Positions 39,165 through 52,994 of a stretch of 64,000 nt of DNA are shown here, piece by piece; position 1 is the stretch's first letter; the number at the start of each line of letters is the position of its first letter. The translations under genes and the position numbers were made by a program. The notes under the pieces were generated by a model. That model ran no database searches, was not told the DNA's origin, and saw only the letters and a program-made list of their open reading frames with translations. Source of the DNA: Chiloscyllium plagiosum (lineage: Eukaryota); assembly GCF_004010195.1 (NCBI RefSeq), contig NC_057719.1, positions 62,684,085 through 62,748,084 of the forward strand, in the 5' to 3' direction.

Positions 39165-39984
39165 AGACCCCTCTGACTGTTGCTTGTAATGCTCCATTAG
39201 TTAGGCCTTTCCAACTTGAAAACAACCCATTCATCCTCACTCTCTGATTTCTGTATTAATCAATCCTCAAACCATCCTCACTGCATGAGCCAGTGCAATA
39301 ACTTTTTGGCTGGCTCCTGATCAAATGTCTTTCTGAAAATCCAAATACATTATAAGTCCTCCCAGTCTGCTTCACAACAATGCTGACCTGCTGCACACTC
39401 CTCCCAATTTGACGCTGAGACAGTTCATCGTTGAATTGGGTTTAGTTAGAACACTGCACAAAGTTGAGTCGTTCATGTGAGAGTGGGAAGTGTAGCTCAA
39501 GTAGCAAGTTTAGAATGTGCAAGGTCAGAATCATGCTTGCGAATGGAAGCGAAATGCACATAATCACTCTATTTGCATTCAGTTTTCCCAATCGAAATGT
39601 TTCCAAAGGGTCTGCAAGGTAATTTCTAACCTCAGGATTTTACTATCAGAAAAATTTGATGAAAACATTGGCTTTCAGGTTTGGAAAGTGACACTAAGAT
39701 ATCTATAAGATCAATATAAAAAGGAATGGTGTGACAAATTATTTGAAGACAGTACAATAAAAACCTAAGGTAAATGACACAAAGATCCTGACACAAGGAT
39801 TAATCAATATATAAACTAGATAGATGGATAGATTAGAGGTGATTTAAAAGAAAAGCTGCAATCAAAACAGAAAGGAATAAATGGAAGCTATGATGAGAGC
39901 AGGAACTGAACATCTGTGAGCTGAGGTCAGCTGAAGCCTTGCCCGTGCATTTTCTCAGTTACAGATAACTAGATGCAAAATACA

Positions 39985-40755
39985 AAACAGACTCTTTGGT
40001 CCAACTTGTTCATGCCGACCAGATAATCTAAATTAATCTAGTCCCATTTGCCAGCACTTGGCCCAGATCCCTCTAAACTCTTCCAATTCATACACTCATT
40101 CAGATGCCTTTTAAATGCTCTAATTGTACCAGCCTCCACCACTTCCTTGGCAGCTCATTTCATACACGCAACACCCTCTGTGTGAAAACGTTGAACTTTA
40201 GGTCCCTTTTAAACCTTTCCCCTCTCACCTTAAACCTATGCCCTCTAGTTTTGGACTCCCCTACCCATGGCTATTCACCCTATCTGTGCTGCCCATGATT
40301 TCATAAACTCTTTAAGTTCACCCCCTCAGCCACTGATGCTCGAGGGAAAACAACCCCAACAAATTCAGCTTTTCCTTATAGCTCAAACCCTCCAAATCTT
40401 GGCAACGTCATTGTAAATTTTTTCAGGACCCTTTCAAGTTTCACAATATCCTTCCTATAGCTAGCATCAAGAATTGAATGCAGTCTTCCAAAAGTAGCCT
40501 AACCAATGTCCTGTACAACCTCAACACAATCTCCCATCTACCATACTCAGTGCACTGACCAGTAAAGGCAAGTACGTCAAATGCAACTTTCGCTATCCTG
40601 CCTCCTTGTGACTCCACTTTCAAGGACTATGAACCTGCAATTCAAAGTCACTTTGTTTTGCAACACTCCCCAGGACCATGCCATTAAGTGTATAAGTCCT
40701 GCCCTGATTTGCCTTTCCAAAATGCAGCCCCTCATTTTTGTCTAAATTTAAACTA
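39985..40755 (-). mobile_element. HER1/CR1 3' fragment
   Basis: Reverse complement of the 19950-20660 region with many substitutions; ORF 40441..40623 has LYRTLVRLLLEDCIQF. Confidence 0.9.
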
Positions 40756-42289
40756 GTCTAAAATTGTTCCGCACATTCCAAAGTTCAGAAAACTCCTGAA
40801 TAAGCCAGCTCAGATGTGATGTTTTATAACCATTGAATAGAGTTTGAGTTTAGTTGTGCATGATGGTGACAGATTGATGGCTTTTTCATCAGTGTCTCAA
40901 ACCCTTCATTACATGAAATGAAACTATATGATTGGACTGGCTTGCTGCTGTTCAGCTTTGAATACTGTGGTCCAGTCTAGTTAAGTAACAGGAGATTGAT
41001 GATGAGAAAACTACTTGCAAAGAACATAAATCAAGTAACGATCTCGGTATTTTGTGGGTAGGGTGGGTAGGTAATAAGAGAGAATGTATTCCAGGAAGGG
41101 AGTAGCAGATAGACAAGAAACAACCTTTGGAAAAAAATCACCTTACTTGGAAAATGTTGATGCTGTTCACTGAACAAAATCAAAAGATGCACCCAACAGT
41201 TGTGATGCCCTTATATTGTGTGGCCAGTTCTGTCCATGTGGATTTTCCTTCTAACTTAACACACCTCATGTAAGTTAGAAATTCACTGCATCATTAGAAA
41301 GTTCCCATCTTGCCTATTACTGAGTGGTTTGAATAAAAGTATCTAATCAGGGTCACGTTTCATTGTAAATGGTACCTCTCATGTAACAATCTGCTTCGAA
41401 CTTGAACTCATCCTCTTTATTGAAAAGCAAGTCATTATGATCATTGGAAAAGCTTTGTAGTATCTTATGGGGTCAGGGAAATCTCTCCACTGTTCTGCTG
41501 TTCCTCTTCTGAACAGAGAGAGAGAGAGAGAGAGATCCTTTATGTCACAACTCCAACTCAAATGATTTTTGATAAAAAGTAGAGAGTACAGTCGAATAGG
41601 TCAAGTAATTGCTTTCTGAAGTGCTTGCTGATTTGCTCTTCGCTATACAGTCATTGTGATTTTAAAGTGGCATTCGATGCTGTTTTTTTCAAGTGGGGAT
41701 TGCATAGTATGCCTACTTACTGCAGGATGATGGGCTTTGATAGTGCGTTTTCCCTTTGACCTTTAACAGTTCAAAGGTCCATTGGTTATCAATTTGAATC
41801 ACTTTAAGTATACTTATTGTTAATACGTTTACAAGGCCTCTCCTTTCTGCTACTTGCATCTCCTCATTCTCTCCTCTCCCCCACTGGGAGCATTTTGTTA
41901 CATTTGATCCTGCTCTTTGTAAAGAAACCTGGCCCAAGCATGCTTTCCCCAGCAGAAAGAAGCAGTGTTTCTTTCTCAAGCACGCCCTTAGCTCTCTTAG
42001 ACAGGCAGATGGATGGCTGTTTTGATCCTTTTGAGACTTTTGACAGTAATCTTGGTTTTATTTCTCCTCTCGCTGCCATTTGGCCACTGAAGCATGTTTG
42101 TGAAAATGAGCCAACGACTCCAATTTCCTACCCTTGCCTACATATAAATCACAGCCCTGTGAGCATGGCATAATGTGACACTGCAGTGCCAAAAGTGTAA
42201 ACATTATCTCTGCATGCGATCAGTGTTTGAAGACTCGAGCGAAAATGCTGTAAATCATTGATCGTTTCTGGGAAGGGGAATACAGTTCC

Positions 42290-42800
42290 AGTCCCTCACT
42301 CCTGGCTGCCCTCTTAGATACTTTATAGGCTTGAGGTTATCCAGAATTCTGCCATTGGTATCCTGACTTGCACTCGATATCATTCATTCACTCATCCACT
42401 TAATTTCCTGATTAAGCAGTACCTTGATTTTAAAAACGTAATATAGTTGACAAATCCCTTAAAGGGATCCTGCCTCTCTAATCTCCTCCAGGCCGAGAAG
42501 CCTTCAATCTAGCTGCTTTTCTTCGGCTCTGGCATTTCAAACAACCTGGATTTGAATCAGTCCATCATTGGTAGCCATCGCCAGGGACCTAAAGTAATGG
42601 TGACCTCTCCCTAAAATTCTTTATCTTTTGTTCCTCCTTTAAGATGATCCTGAAGACCAATTCCTTAAAATAACGTTTGGTCATCTTCTGTAATATCATC
42701 AAATGTAGGTTGGTATCAATTTGTATTTTTGATAATCCCCCTGTGAAGCAACTTGGAGGATTTTCCTAAGCTGGAGGCATTAGATAATTCCAATATGTTG
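42290..42800 (+). mobile_element. Ancient L2 LINE 3' remnant (similar remnants on minus at 35640-36000 and 45940-46290)
   Basis: Degenerate L2 end: tcctttaagatgatcctgaagaccaattcctt...ctgtgaagcaacttggaggatttt...ggcattagata. Confidence 0.45.
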
Positions 42801-43137
42801 TTCTTGATGTGTATTCTGCAGGATATCTTTAGCTGTTGTGGCAAAGTTTATGTTATCCTCCTTAATATAAGAAACATGAGTGTAGTTAGAGTGTCATTGA
42901 AAGATCTAATAGATGTTTCTTACAACTCACTAATAAATACAAGTACTACATTCACAGATGCATCATGTCTGGGCTGGTCCTGAGCTATTCATTTACAAAT
43001 TGTTGCAAACTTGCATCATCATGTCCCTCAAGTGATCCTGAGTGAAAGTAGAACCTAAGATTATGCTAAGATACACTGATGGCATCATGAGCATGTCTCT
43101 TAAAGGTAGCTTGTTTTTAAAATCAACCATTCAGATA

Positions 43138-44220
43138 GTCGTAGAGTCATACAGCATGGAAACAAATCCTTCAGTCCAACTCATCCATTCCGATCAAATT
43201 TACCATACTAAACTAGTTCCATTTGCCTGCATTTGGCCCATATCCCTCTAAACTTTTCCTATTCATGTATGTGTCCAAATTTTGTTAAAATATTTTAACT
43301 GAACTGCATGTACCACTTCCTCTGGCAGTTTATTCCACATGTGAACCATCCTCTGTGTGAAAATGTTGCCCCTCAGGTCCTCCTTCAGTCTTTTTTTTTC
43401 ATCTTATAAATATGCCCTCTACTTTTAAACTACCCTACCCTCAGGAAAAGCCTTTTGCTCTACCCCTTATCTGTACCCCTTATCTGTACCCCTTATCTGT
43501 ACCCCTTATCTGTACCCCTTATCTGTACCCCTTATCTATGCCTCTCATGATTTTATAAGCCTCCACAAGATCATCCAAAACCTCCTATGCTCCAGTAAAA
43601 AAAATCCCAGCTTATCCAGCCTCTTTGTAACTCAAAACCTCCAATCCTGGCAGTGTCTTTGTCAATCTATTTTTTAACCCTCTCCAGTTTAATTACCTCC
43701 TTCCTATAGTAGGGTGACGATGACTGCGCAAAATACTCTAAATGTGGCCTCATTAATGTGCTGCACAACTGTGACATGATGGTGTCTCAACTTCTGCACT
43801 GAGTGGTCTGAGCAATGAAGGTAAGTGTGCTAAATGCCTTCTTAATTCCTGTCTACCTGTGACTCAACTTTCAAAGAACCATGTATGTATACACCTAGGT
43901 CTCTCCCTGTTTGACAACACTATCCAGGCCCTACCATTAGCTATATAAGTCCTGCCCTTGTTTGTTTTACCAAAATGCAATACCTGACATTTATCCAAAA
44001 TAAACTTCCTCTGTCACTCAGCCCATTGATCCAATTAATCTCGATCTCTTTGTAATCTTAGATAACCTTCTTCACTATCCATTATACCACTAATTATGAT
44101 GGCATCCACAACTCTTAAATCTCCTAAAATCGCATCCAAATTGTTGATATAAATGATGAACAACAATGGACCCAGTACCATGCCCTGTGGAACACACTTG
44201 GTTGCAGGTCTCCAATTTGG
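43138..44220 (-). mobile_element. HER1/CR1 3' ~1.1 kb fragment
   Basis: ORF 44035..44346 has WRPATKCVPQGMVLGPLLFIIYINNLD; tail gtagagtcatacagcatggaaac. Confidence 0.9.
43461..43538. repeat. 13-bp minisatellite (TACCCCTTATCTG)x6
   Basis: Five perfect units plus a sixth ending in A, located inside the LINE. Confidence 0.95.
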
Positions 44221-45533
44221 GTTTGTGGAGCAGATGGCTCTTGAACCAGGCTCCAGCTCAGAGATAGGGACAATACCACTACCACAAGAGCCTTTGTCTC
44301 TTAAAGGTATTTTGACATATTGACCTTGAGCCAACAGTTCTTTCAAGTGCTGATGTTAGCTTCTGTTTTACTGCTTATTTGTAATTATACTGCCATCTCA
44401 AAATAATGTTGTCATATTTTAGCATTTTATGGAGTTGGTGCTGCTATTAATTATAATAAATACAATTTGCATTAGATACTATCTGTATTTGTGAAAGCAG
44501 AATCAAACTGGGGTCCATGAATTACCATGGCAAGCATAGTAGGAAATGCGTATTTCTCACCTCCTTGTTTTGGTTCAAAACCTGGCTTTGAATGTTCAGA
44601 TCAATGTGAATCCGGCAGGCATTTGTTATGATGGTTTCCAGTCCATGGTCATAATTAATTATATGACTAGTAATGTCACATGGCTGGCAGAAATTGGAAA
44701 GGAGAGTCAAAGCATACATTGGTTTGTTGCATGAATGTGTTTAGCAATCAGTCAATTTTAAATGAGAAACTACATCAGCATCTGGCAAACATCTAATTGT
44801 CTGACTTAAGGAAAGTTCATGTTTGATGCTCATAGCAGTATATATTCCAATGCAGCAATATTTTTCAAATCTATTTGAACATAGAACTTGTCTGAACATC
44901 CCTGTTCTCAATAATTAGTGGCAAAATGTGCACGACAGGTCTTGTGGTTAACCATTTCAGGATTAGAGTTGGAAAGCATCCTAGACGTTCCTGCATCTCA
45001 AACAACCTTAAATAATTACTAACCACTTTCTCCATTTTGGAGCCTAATTTACAGATTTTGGCATTATTCAGCCCTTTCCTGTTAGCTGCACTGTCTTAAT
45101 TGACGTTATTCTGGCCAATTTTTAAGCAGTAATTCTCATAAGAACAAGGATTCTTGCTGACGGAAGCTACTTTGAGTTATTCCTGTTATTGGTTAGAAAA
45201 TTGTTGAAGGAAGGTGGAATTGTTATTATGGAGGGGAAAGCGGATGGATGGGAAACAGAAAGGAAATCCATGGTATTGAAGAGGAGGGTGAAATGGAAAA
45301 ACAGGTGGCAGTGAAGAGAAGAGAAGAGAGTAAAGTACAGCAATAGATGAGAGGAGATATGATTGAAGTGGAATGATTCAAAGCATGAAATTGGGAACAA
45401 GCGTACCAGTTTAAAATCAGGTGAAAGCGGGCAAGAATGCCAAGTGGAACCCAACAAGGAGAGGGGCAAGATGACCATGCAGGGATATGTCTATGAAAGG
45501 AGATTGGGTACAGTGTCTCTGTAAATTAATAGG

Positions 45534-45860
45534 TGGCACGGTGGCTCAGTGGTTAGCCCTGGCCTCACAGTGCCAGGGACCCAGGTTTGTTTCCAGCCTC
45601 GGGTGACTATCTGTGTGGAGTTTGCACATTCCCCCCGTGTCTGCGTGGGTTTCCTCCGGGTGCTCCAGTTTCCTCCCACAATCTAAAGATGTGCAGGTCA
45701 GGTGAATTAGTTGTGCTAAATTGCCCATAGTGTTAGGTGCTTTGACAGAGGTAAATACAGGGTAGGGGAATGTGTCTGGGTGGGTTACTCTTTCGAGGGA
45801 CAGTGTGGATTTGTTGGGCCGAAGGGCTTGTTTCTATACTGTAGGGAATCTAATCTAATC
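45534..45860 (+). mobile_element. Full-length HE1 V-SINE with 12-bp TSD
   Basis: TSD TAAATTAATAGG at 45522-45533 and 45861-45872; tRNA head, V-domain, (aatct)n tail. Confidence 0.92.
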
Positions 45861-46879
45861 TAAATTAATAGGGTGCCTCTGTAACTGGGCCAGGGTTAGA
45901 CGTGGAAGAATGTTAAAAGGTTTAGTGACAAAATTAATTCATATTTATATAGAACCTTTCATGTAATAAAATATCCCATGATATTTTACAGTGGCTTGTT
46001 AAATGAAGATTTGACATCTCACCAGGCAGTATTAATGCAGATGGCCAAAGGAGTAGGTGTTAAGGGATGTCATAATGGAGGAAAGAAAGATAGTGAGGTA
46101 AAGATGTTGAGGGAGAAGATTCCTGAGCTTCGGGTCCAGACTGAAGGCACAGCCATTCATATTAAAATTGGAGAAGATGAATAGATCAAAATTAACTAAG
46201 CACTTTATCTTGTCATGGGGCTGAGAGGGATGAGTGAGGAAAGGTCATAGAACAATTAGAAAATAGTAACAATTTTAAATTCAAGGCCACTTGATATCAT
46301 TTAACATTTGTGAAGAAGTCTAATAATTGATTTACCATGGTAATTTGTTCATGTGCATTCATCAGCATATTCCCTCTTAACAACCAGATACAAACAATGG
46401 AACCAATAAAGGTTCTCTACTGAGGCAGTTACCTGAAAGATGTCAATGGCAAGTTCATAACCAGTCAGGTAATGGAGAGAGATCTGCCTGGTCAAAAGCA
46501 GTATTAATGCTATTGTTATTTGTGGTGATTGAGAGGCCATTTGAGTAGTTGATTTAGAGGTTAAATGTGATGTCTCCTCACTTATCGCATTATGATCAAA
46601 GCAAAAATGCTGTGACCCTGCCATGTGATAGTTTGGCTGTGCTCTGGTTTGAGAAATGGGAGGTACTTCTGTCAAGGTGAATGTTTCCTCTCTTCTGCAT
46701 TGTAACAATCCAAATTAGGAATTGTATCAGAAAAAACAGCCCAGAAACTGGCCATCGAGCCCATGTCCATGTTGATCTCAAGTTAACAGGAAGTAACCTA
46801 TCTGAAAGCAGCAAAAAATACACAAACTGTGACTTTTTTCAATTCTTGGTTTATGGACTTGCTGTCTGGGTCAACAATT

Positions 46880-48200
46880 ATTACCTGTCCATAATTAATT
46901 TGAGAATGGGGTGGTGAGCTGCCTCCTTGAAATCCTGTAGTCCGTGTGCTGTAGTGTCCAGTCCATAGTAACCCACAATGTCACTAGGGAGCGAGTTCCA
47001 GGATTTTGGCCCAGTGCCAGTGAAGGAACGGCGATATACTTCCAAGTCAAGATAGTGAGTGGCTTGGAAGGAAAATTGCAAGTGGTGGTATTCCCATGTA
47101 TCTGCTGCCCCTTCTCCTTCGAGATGGGTTCAGGAAGGGCTGCCGAAGAAACCTTGGTCAATTTCTGCAGTAGACATAGTAGATGGTGTACACTGCTGCT
47201 ACTGAGCATCAGTGGTAGAGCAAGTGGATGTTTATGGATGTGATGCCAATCAAGTGGCTGCTTTGGTGTCAACTTTGAGAGTGTTGTTGAAGCTACACCC
47301 GTCCTGACAAGAGCGGAATATTCCATCAATTCCTGACTTGTCAATGGCTTTGAGGAGTCAGAAGGTCTGTTACTTGTCATGGTGTTCCGAGCCTCTGATT
47401 TCTCCTTGTAGCCGCAGTATTTACATGACGAGTCCAGTCCATTTCTGGCTAAAGGTAACTCCAGGATGTTAACACTCCAGGATTAATGCCATTTTTCAAT
47501 GAACGCTGGTTTAATTATCTCTCGTTGGAGATGGCCACTGCCTGGCATTTGCATGATGTGAATATTACTTTTAAGTTGTCGGCCCAAGCCTGGATCTTGT
47601 TCAGGTCCTACTGCATTTGGACCCCGGTATCCAAGAGGTGCCATTGGTACTGAACATTGTACAATCATCAGCAAGAATACCCATTTCCCACATATGAATG
47701 GAAGGTCATTGATAAATCATCTGAAGATGGTTGGTGCTAAGACATTACCCTGAGGAACTCCTGTAGAGGTATCCTGGAGCTGAGATGACTGACTCCCAGG
47801 TATGACCCCAACCAGCAGAGTATTTGCCCTGATACCCATTGACTCCAGTTTTGTTGGGCTCCTTGATGCCACACTTGGTCAAATGCAGCTTTCATGTCCA
47901 AGACAGTCACTCACTGCTTACAGCCAGAGTTCAGCTCTTTTGTCCATATTTAAGCCAAGGTTGTAATGAGGACAGGAGCTGAGTGGCCCTGACAAAGCCT
48001 AAACTGAGTGTCAGGGAACAGATTGTTGTGAAGTAAGTGCTGCTTGATAGCTAGTCTTAACCCTTTACTGATGATTGAGAGTTGACTGATGAAATGGTAA
48101 TTTGTGCTGCTTTTTGTACACATGTCACATCTAAACAATTTTCCATGTTAATGGTTATTTGCCAGTGTGAGAGCTGCAATGCTCCAGATTCGCCTGAGGG
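46880..48200 (-). mobile_element. Degraded LINE (second CR1/L2-like family), RT to 3' end
   Basis: Minus strand has ggagttcctcagggtaatgtcttagcaccaaccatcttc (GVPQGxVLxPxxF) and a tail ...caagccactcactatcttgacttggaagtatatcgccgttccttcac. Confidence 0.75.
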
Positions 48201-51200
48201 TGCAGTAAGTGCATTATTTGATGCTCTGGATTATGGATCCAGTGACCGTACCATTACAATGCACCATCATCTCCCTAGGCCTTTGTTTACCTGAGAATCA
48301 TTCTTGTAGCTCACTGATCTTTTCGTTCCAAATGCAAAAATTGTGGGGTTGGCAGGGTTGGGGAGCACATGAGACATTATAACTTCTAATTATAGGATGG
48401 AAGTGCCTGGATTAACATTGGAATTGGCTTCATTTTCTGTTTTCTAAGGAATGGCATCTCTGAAGTGTTTCACAGGAGGCTGTGTGGGTGTGCATCTATC
48501 TGTCTGTGGGTGTGAGTCTGTGTTTAGTTCAGAAGGATCTGCCTACTTTGCTGAAACTGCAACAAAAGTTGACACACACGACAGTTGAGCTGAAGCCTGT
48601 TTGTAGATATTTGCCACTTTATGCTATTAGCTACACTAATAGTTCAGAGATTTGTCCAGGGAGCCAGACGGAACAGGTCAGTACCCAGTTCACTGACAGC
48701 GCAGATGTCAGCGCAGATTCAACAGATGTCTGTTGAAATGTCAAAATCGACTGTGGTGAAGGTTTGTGAGTGTAATGGTCCAGTGGCCCAAATATTCTAA
48801 TTGGGGCAGAAACCCAATTTCCAAAGTCTGATCAGATTAAAAAATATCAATTTAACCTTTAGCTGACTTCTGCACTTGAGTTTTCTGAATAAGAAGAGGT
48901 CTCCTGTTACAAGCTAGCTCTGGAACCCATAAATCCAGCAGCAGAGAAGATCGTTGTAGAAGTTGCACCTTGGTGTTTCCACTGGGCAGGGTGGTTGTGA
49001 TCTGTGGTTTGTTTTCCCAGCGGCGCTGCCAGCCACTTTGCCAGCTTCAGTGAATGGAAGGTAAGCTGGGTAGGGGAACAGGTGAGTAAAGCGATCCCAG
49101 GAATGGTTGGGCATCCGGTCTCTAAGGAATGCCACAGATCCAGTAGGTGGGAGAGCAGTGTCAGAGCTTGTGTTCACATCAGGGAGAGGTGGGAATGGTC
49201 AAATCCACATGGTACAGACCATGGGGAATGAGGGGTGTTGAACGGAGTGTTGACTAGGGTCAGGGATTGGGGGGGACGTGAAATGGTTACTAGATCCGGG
49301 CTGTGGAGTGTCAGTTTAGGTCAGGGTGTCGATGAGTCTGGTGGGGACAGGGACCACATTATCAGGTCTGGCCAGGGTACACCTGGGAGTCTGAGGTGTT
49401 GGGTGGGTGAGGACCTGGGATGTCAGACAGGCAAGGGGCGAGGGGGCGGGGGCAAGAGTATCGGGTCTCGAGGGATGTGGCAATGTCAGGCTAGCGGGAA
49501 GTATCGGTGTGGGGCTGGCAGGGTTGTGCATGCAGGTGATGGCCAACAGTGGTTGGGGGAGGTGTACATGGAAACAGGAGGCGGCCATTCAGCCCTGGGA
49601 GCCTCATCCCACTATTCAATATGATGATGGCTAACCATCCAGCTTAGTACCATGTTCCTGCTTTCTTCCCATACCCTGTGATCTGTTTAACACTAAGAAA
49701 TATACCCAACTCCTCCTTAATCGAGATAGTGTTGAGTGGGTTGACCCATTGAATTAAAGGGCAACTTATCAATATGCTTGCACCTTTAATTTGAGTAACT
49801 CTCCAAGCTGTCCACAGGCCAAGTATCAGAACTGGAATATAGTTCTCAGGGCCTACCGTATTGTCTGGGATATTCTGTTTCCAAGTGTTCCCTGGCTTCA
49901 CCTGGTGATCATACACCACAAGTTTATATTTCTCAGAACATGGAGCTCTCAGTGTGCTGGCATATAATGTTTGAAATCCACATTTTGAAGCCAAGCTTTT
50001 GGAGGGTATTGTTTCCTTTCAGACTAATAAAATTTGATTAGAAGAATGATACTGTTACAAGCAAGAGTGCCTTGCTATGAGATTAGTTATCATTAAATGG
50101 ATCAGAGCACACTTAGAATTTGAAGCGGATAAGCTTTAATGACTGCTCAAACCACAGTACTTGATTTCAGGATTAAAGGGACCATTTTGATTTAATGAAA
50201 GGCATTCAGTGTTCAACTCATGAATGTGACTAATGAGAGAACTCTGATTTCCCATTCTATCGGTTATATATTCATGGTTTATTTAAATGATACATGGACA
50301 CTCCCATTTCTTACATCAAATGAAAGCGGATTTTTTAAAAGACTTCTTTATAGAACAGAGATGGACCTGGTACTTTAATGAAAGGAATTGCGCAATATCG
50401 ATGTGATGTGATTGCCAGTTTCCAATGGTACGCTGTATCCATTATTGCTATGATCCCTTTTTTTAAAAAAAAATGTTGCTCTGTTTGAAACTCCAGATAC
50501 TGTTTCCAGCAATACTGATTGTCCCTCCTTATTAGGCTGTACATGTTCTCTTTTAGTCTTAGGCATTAGTTGTGTCAGGTTGTGGGACCAAGAGAAAGAA
50601 TGAAGTCTATCTTGGTGAATTTTGACCTGTTATGTAGCCTGTGGACAGACCTGAATTGATAACGGTAAATAGGATTTGACATCTATCCATATGAAGCAGG
50701 TTTAATTGTTAGAAAGTATTGAATCAAAACTTACAGTCTCAGCTTACACTGTAGAGATGTTGGCCTCAGGGCAGAGGAAAAAGTCAACAGAGGACAAAAG
50801 TCAGCTGGAAGGTAGTGCAGTGAATCCTTTGGTAAAGATTGAGTCTTTTGAAAATATCCACTTTCTCTTAGCCTACAATTTCATACAATCAATATTTAAA
50901 TCTCATTAACAAGGCTTCAATGAAATTGTATGCCTCATTTTCTTTTATTATCCTAGTTTCTGGGCTTTCTACAGGATAGTTAATGAATAATAAATTATTT
51001 CCAGTAGATAATATGATATAAAATTCCATTCATGTACTTCTTTGTGAGGATTCACTTGGTGCTGAGTGATTTTGAACTTATATAACCAGATCTTCAAAAT
51101 ATCAAAAAGACAACACCTTGCATTTATATAACATCTTTAAGTAGGTCACTAGACACTTTGTAGAAGTTTGAGAGGACTCAATGCCGAAGTGTTCAGTAAG

Positions 51201-52679
51201 AAATCTGAAGCATAACCATACGGTGATCCCTGTCTGAATGGTTTGTCCATGTGGATTGATCTGTTAAACAACAATCTGAAGAATATCCACCAGTTGGTAG
51301 GACTGTTGGCTCTGAAACAGAGCAGGATGTTGTGAGATAGGTCTGTCCTAAAGCAGAAGGGCATCAAACACTTCTGGTACCATGTGACAAGTAAAGCAGT
51401 CATGCCGAAAGCGAATGGAGACACCAAAGCTCTTCTGACACTACTGAGTGTAAAATAAACAAATCAGCCTTCAAGCTGTAATCACAAATTATGCATATAC
51501 GAAAATATCAGCACAGAATCTCAAACAGCAAGAGGCGAATGTTACATGTCAGAGCTCCACACTTCTAGCCCTGTGTTAACATTGCCACTATTGCACCCAC
51601 TGCCTCGATGAGAAAGCAATCATTCCGATACACCCAAACCGCCATCTTATTGACAGAAAGTTCCATATTCCAAAGAACTCTATTCAGCCCAATGCCATTT
51701 TATCATCTCTTTCATTCTCTCCTTTTCTTACTATCTCTTCAGGAAAATTTTGGAAAAAAATATTTCTCTGCAAAGATTGGGTTTCTGAAAGAAAATAAGA
51801 AAAAAGCTTTGGTCAACAGGTTATTGTTGAAGGCATACAGAATGTTCTGGGGTCTGTTGCTGTAATGTGGTCATCAGTAATCTCACATGGTGGCCCTGAA
51901 GCCTTGCTCAGGAAATACAGGTCTTTCTGTTCTTTCAATCACTCTCTTTCAAAAGAGATCATAGACTTGGCTGTGAACTGATGTGGAGAATTTCCTTTTC
52001 AAAAATGGGAGAGATCAGCTGGGTAGCTTGTGCTTGGTAGGCTTTTCCCCAACCAATCTTATTCTTAACTGGCTTCTCTCAAATGGTGCCAGATAAAGTA
52101 AACAATTCTTCAATCTCGTAATTGTTCAAAACAGTCCCAAGACTGGTCCACAGCAAATCAAAGGGTTATCATCCGTGATGTGGCTTACAAGAAATCTTGT
52201 TTAAAAAGAAATCCAGTGTCCACAGTGAAATTTAAATTACCTCTTTTAAAGAAACCCCACTATTTTTACAAAACTTAAAATAACTTAGTTTTCCCCAGTC
52301 CTTCAAAATGTAAGCCCTCCAGACAATAGTAAATATAAAGCATTTTCGCAGCACTCTGAATAAAACAGCTATCTCTACGGCCTTTTCCTTTCTTGCAGAA
52401 TAGCCAAGATTATGAAATCACCACAGAAGAATCATGGGAGAAATTCAAGGGAGCAGACCATTGAAGCAGTGGGAGCATATTTAAAGCAAGGATTTACATT
52501 GCATGAGAAAAACTCAATTTATTTGTTTGCAAGGGTCTGTGATATTGGCGCTGATAATGAAATGAATTTCCAGTCATGAACAGCACTTCAAAATGATTTT
52601 CAATTGTAACCAAGACAATTGATAAATTAAATTGACTGTGGAATATGGTGCCATGAAAACATTTAGTCAAGTTTAAATA

Positions 52680-52990
52680 CAAGCAAAGTCAGCACTTACT
52701 GTAAATTTGATTTGAAAGAGAATTTTGTGGAAATGCTCAAAAAGGAAGATGTTATAGGTGGTGAGGGGAGCAGAACTGATATTTCAGCTGGATAATCGTT
52801 CATCACAGTTAGAAGAAATTAGAGATTTGCTAGCTTTTTTTTAAAGCAAGTGTAGAGACAGGAAATATGGGAGAGAGGAAAGAAGGAAAAGGTACGTTTT
52901 TTGATAGGATGGATAGTGTAGTGATTCACTTGCAAAGGTGATCATGCTTCAAGATGAAATGGGTGATAATGAGTCAAAAAACAAATTCAA
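52680..52990 (-). mobile_element. Old PLE 3' remnant
   Basis: Similar layout to 16860 and 56430 (aaagtcagcacttactgtaaatttga...ggaaatgctc...ttcatcacag) followed by a purine-rich tract. Confidence 0.4.
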
Positions 52991-52994
52991 AACT

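Larger units (their letters stand above)
37830..39360 (-). mobile_element. CR1 LINE 3' portion interrupted by a PLE insertion
   Basis: CR1 tail (cataggaaataggagcagaagtaggccat); degenerate RT sequence resumes after 39165. Confidence 0.7.

Noticed and set aside
43461..43538. CRISPR array
   Set aside because: Head-to-tail 13-mers without spacers, in a eukaryotic LINE, with no cas genes.
4883..45860. tRNA genes
   Set aside because: The A/B-box sequences are SINE heads that continue into SINE bodies and LINE-derived tails; no complete cloverleaf was seen.
48900..49640. GC-rich block with overlapping ORFs as an exon or CpG-island promoter
   Set aside because: Translations are low-complexity with no recognisable domain and CpG is sparse; more likely an old repeat that I cannot classify.
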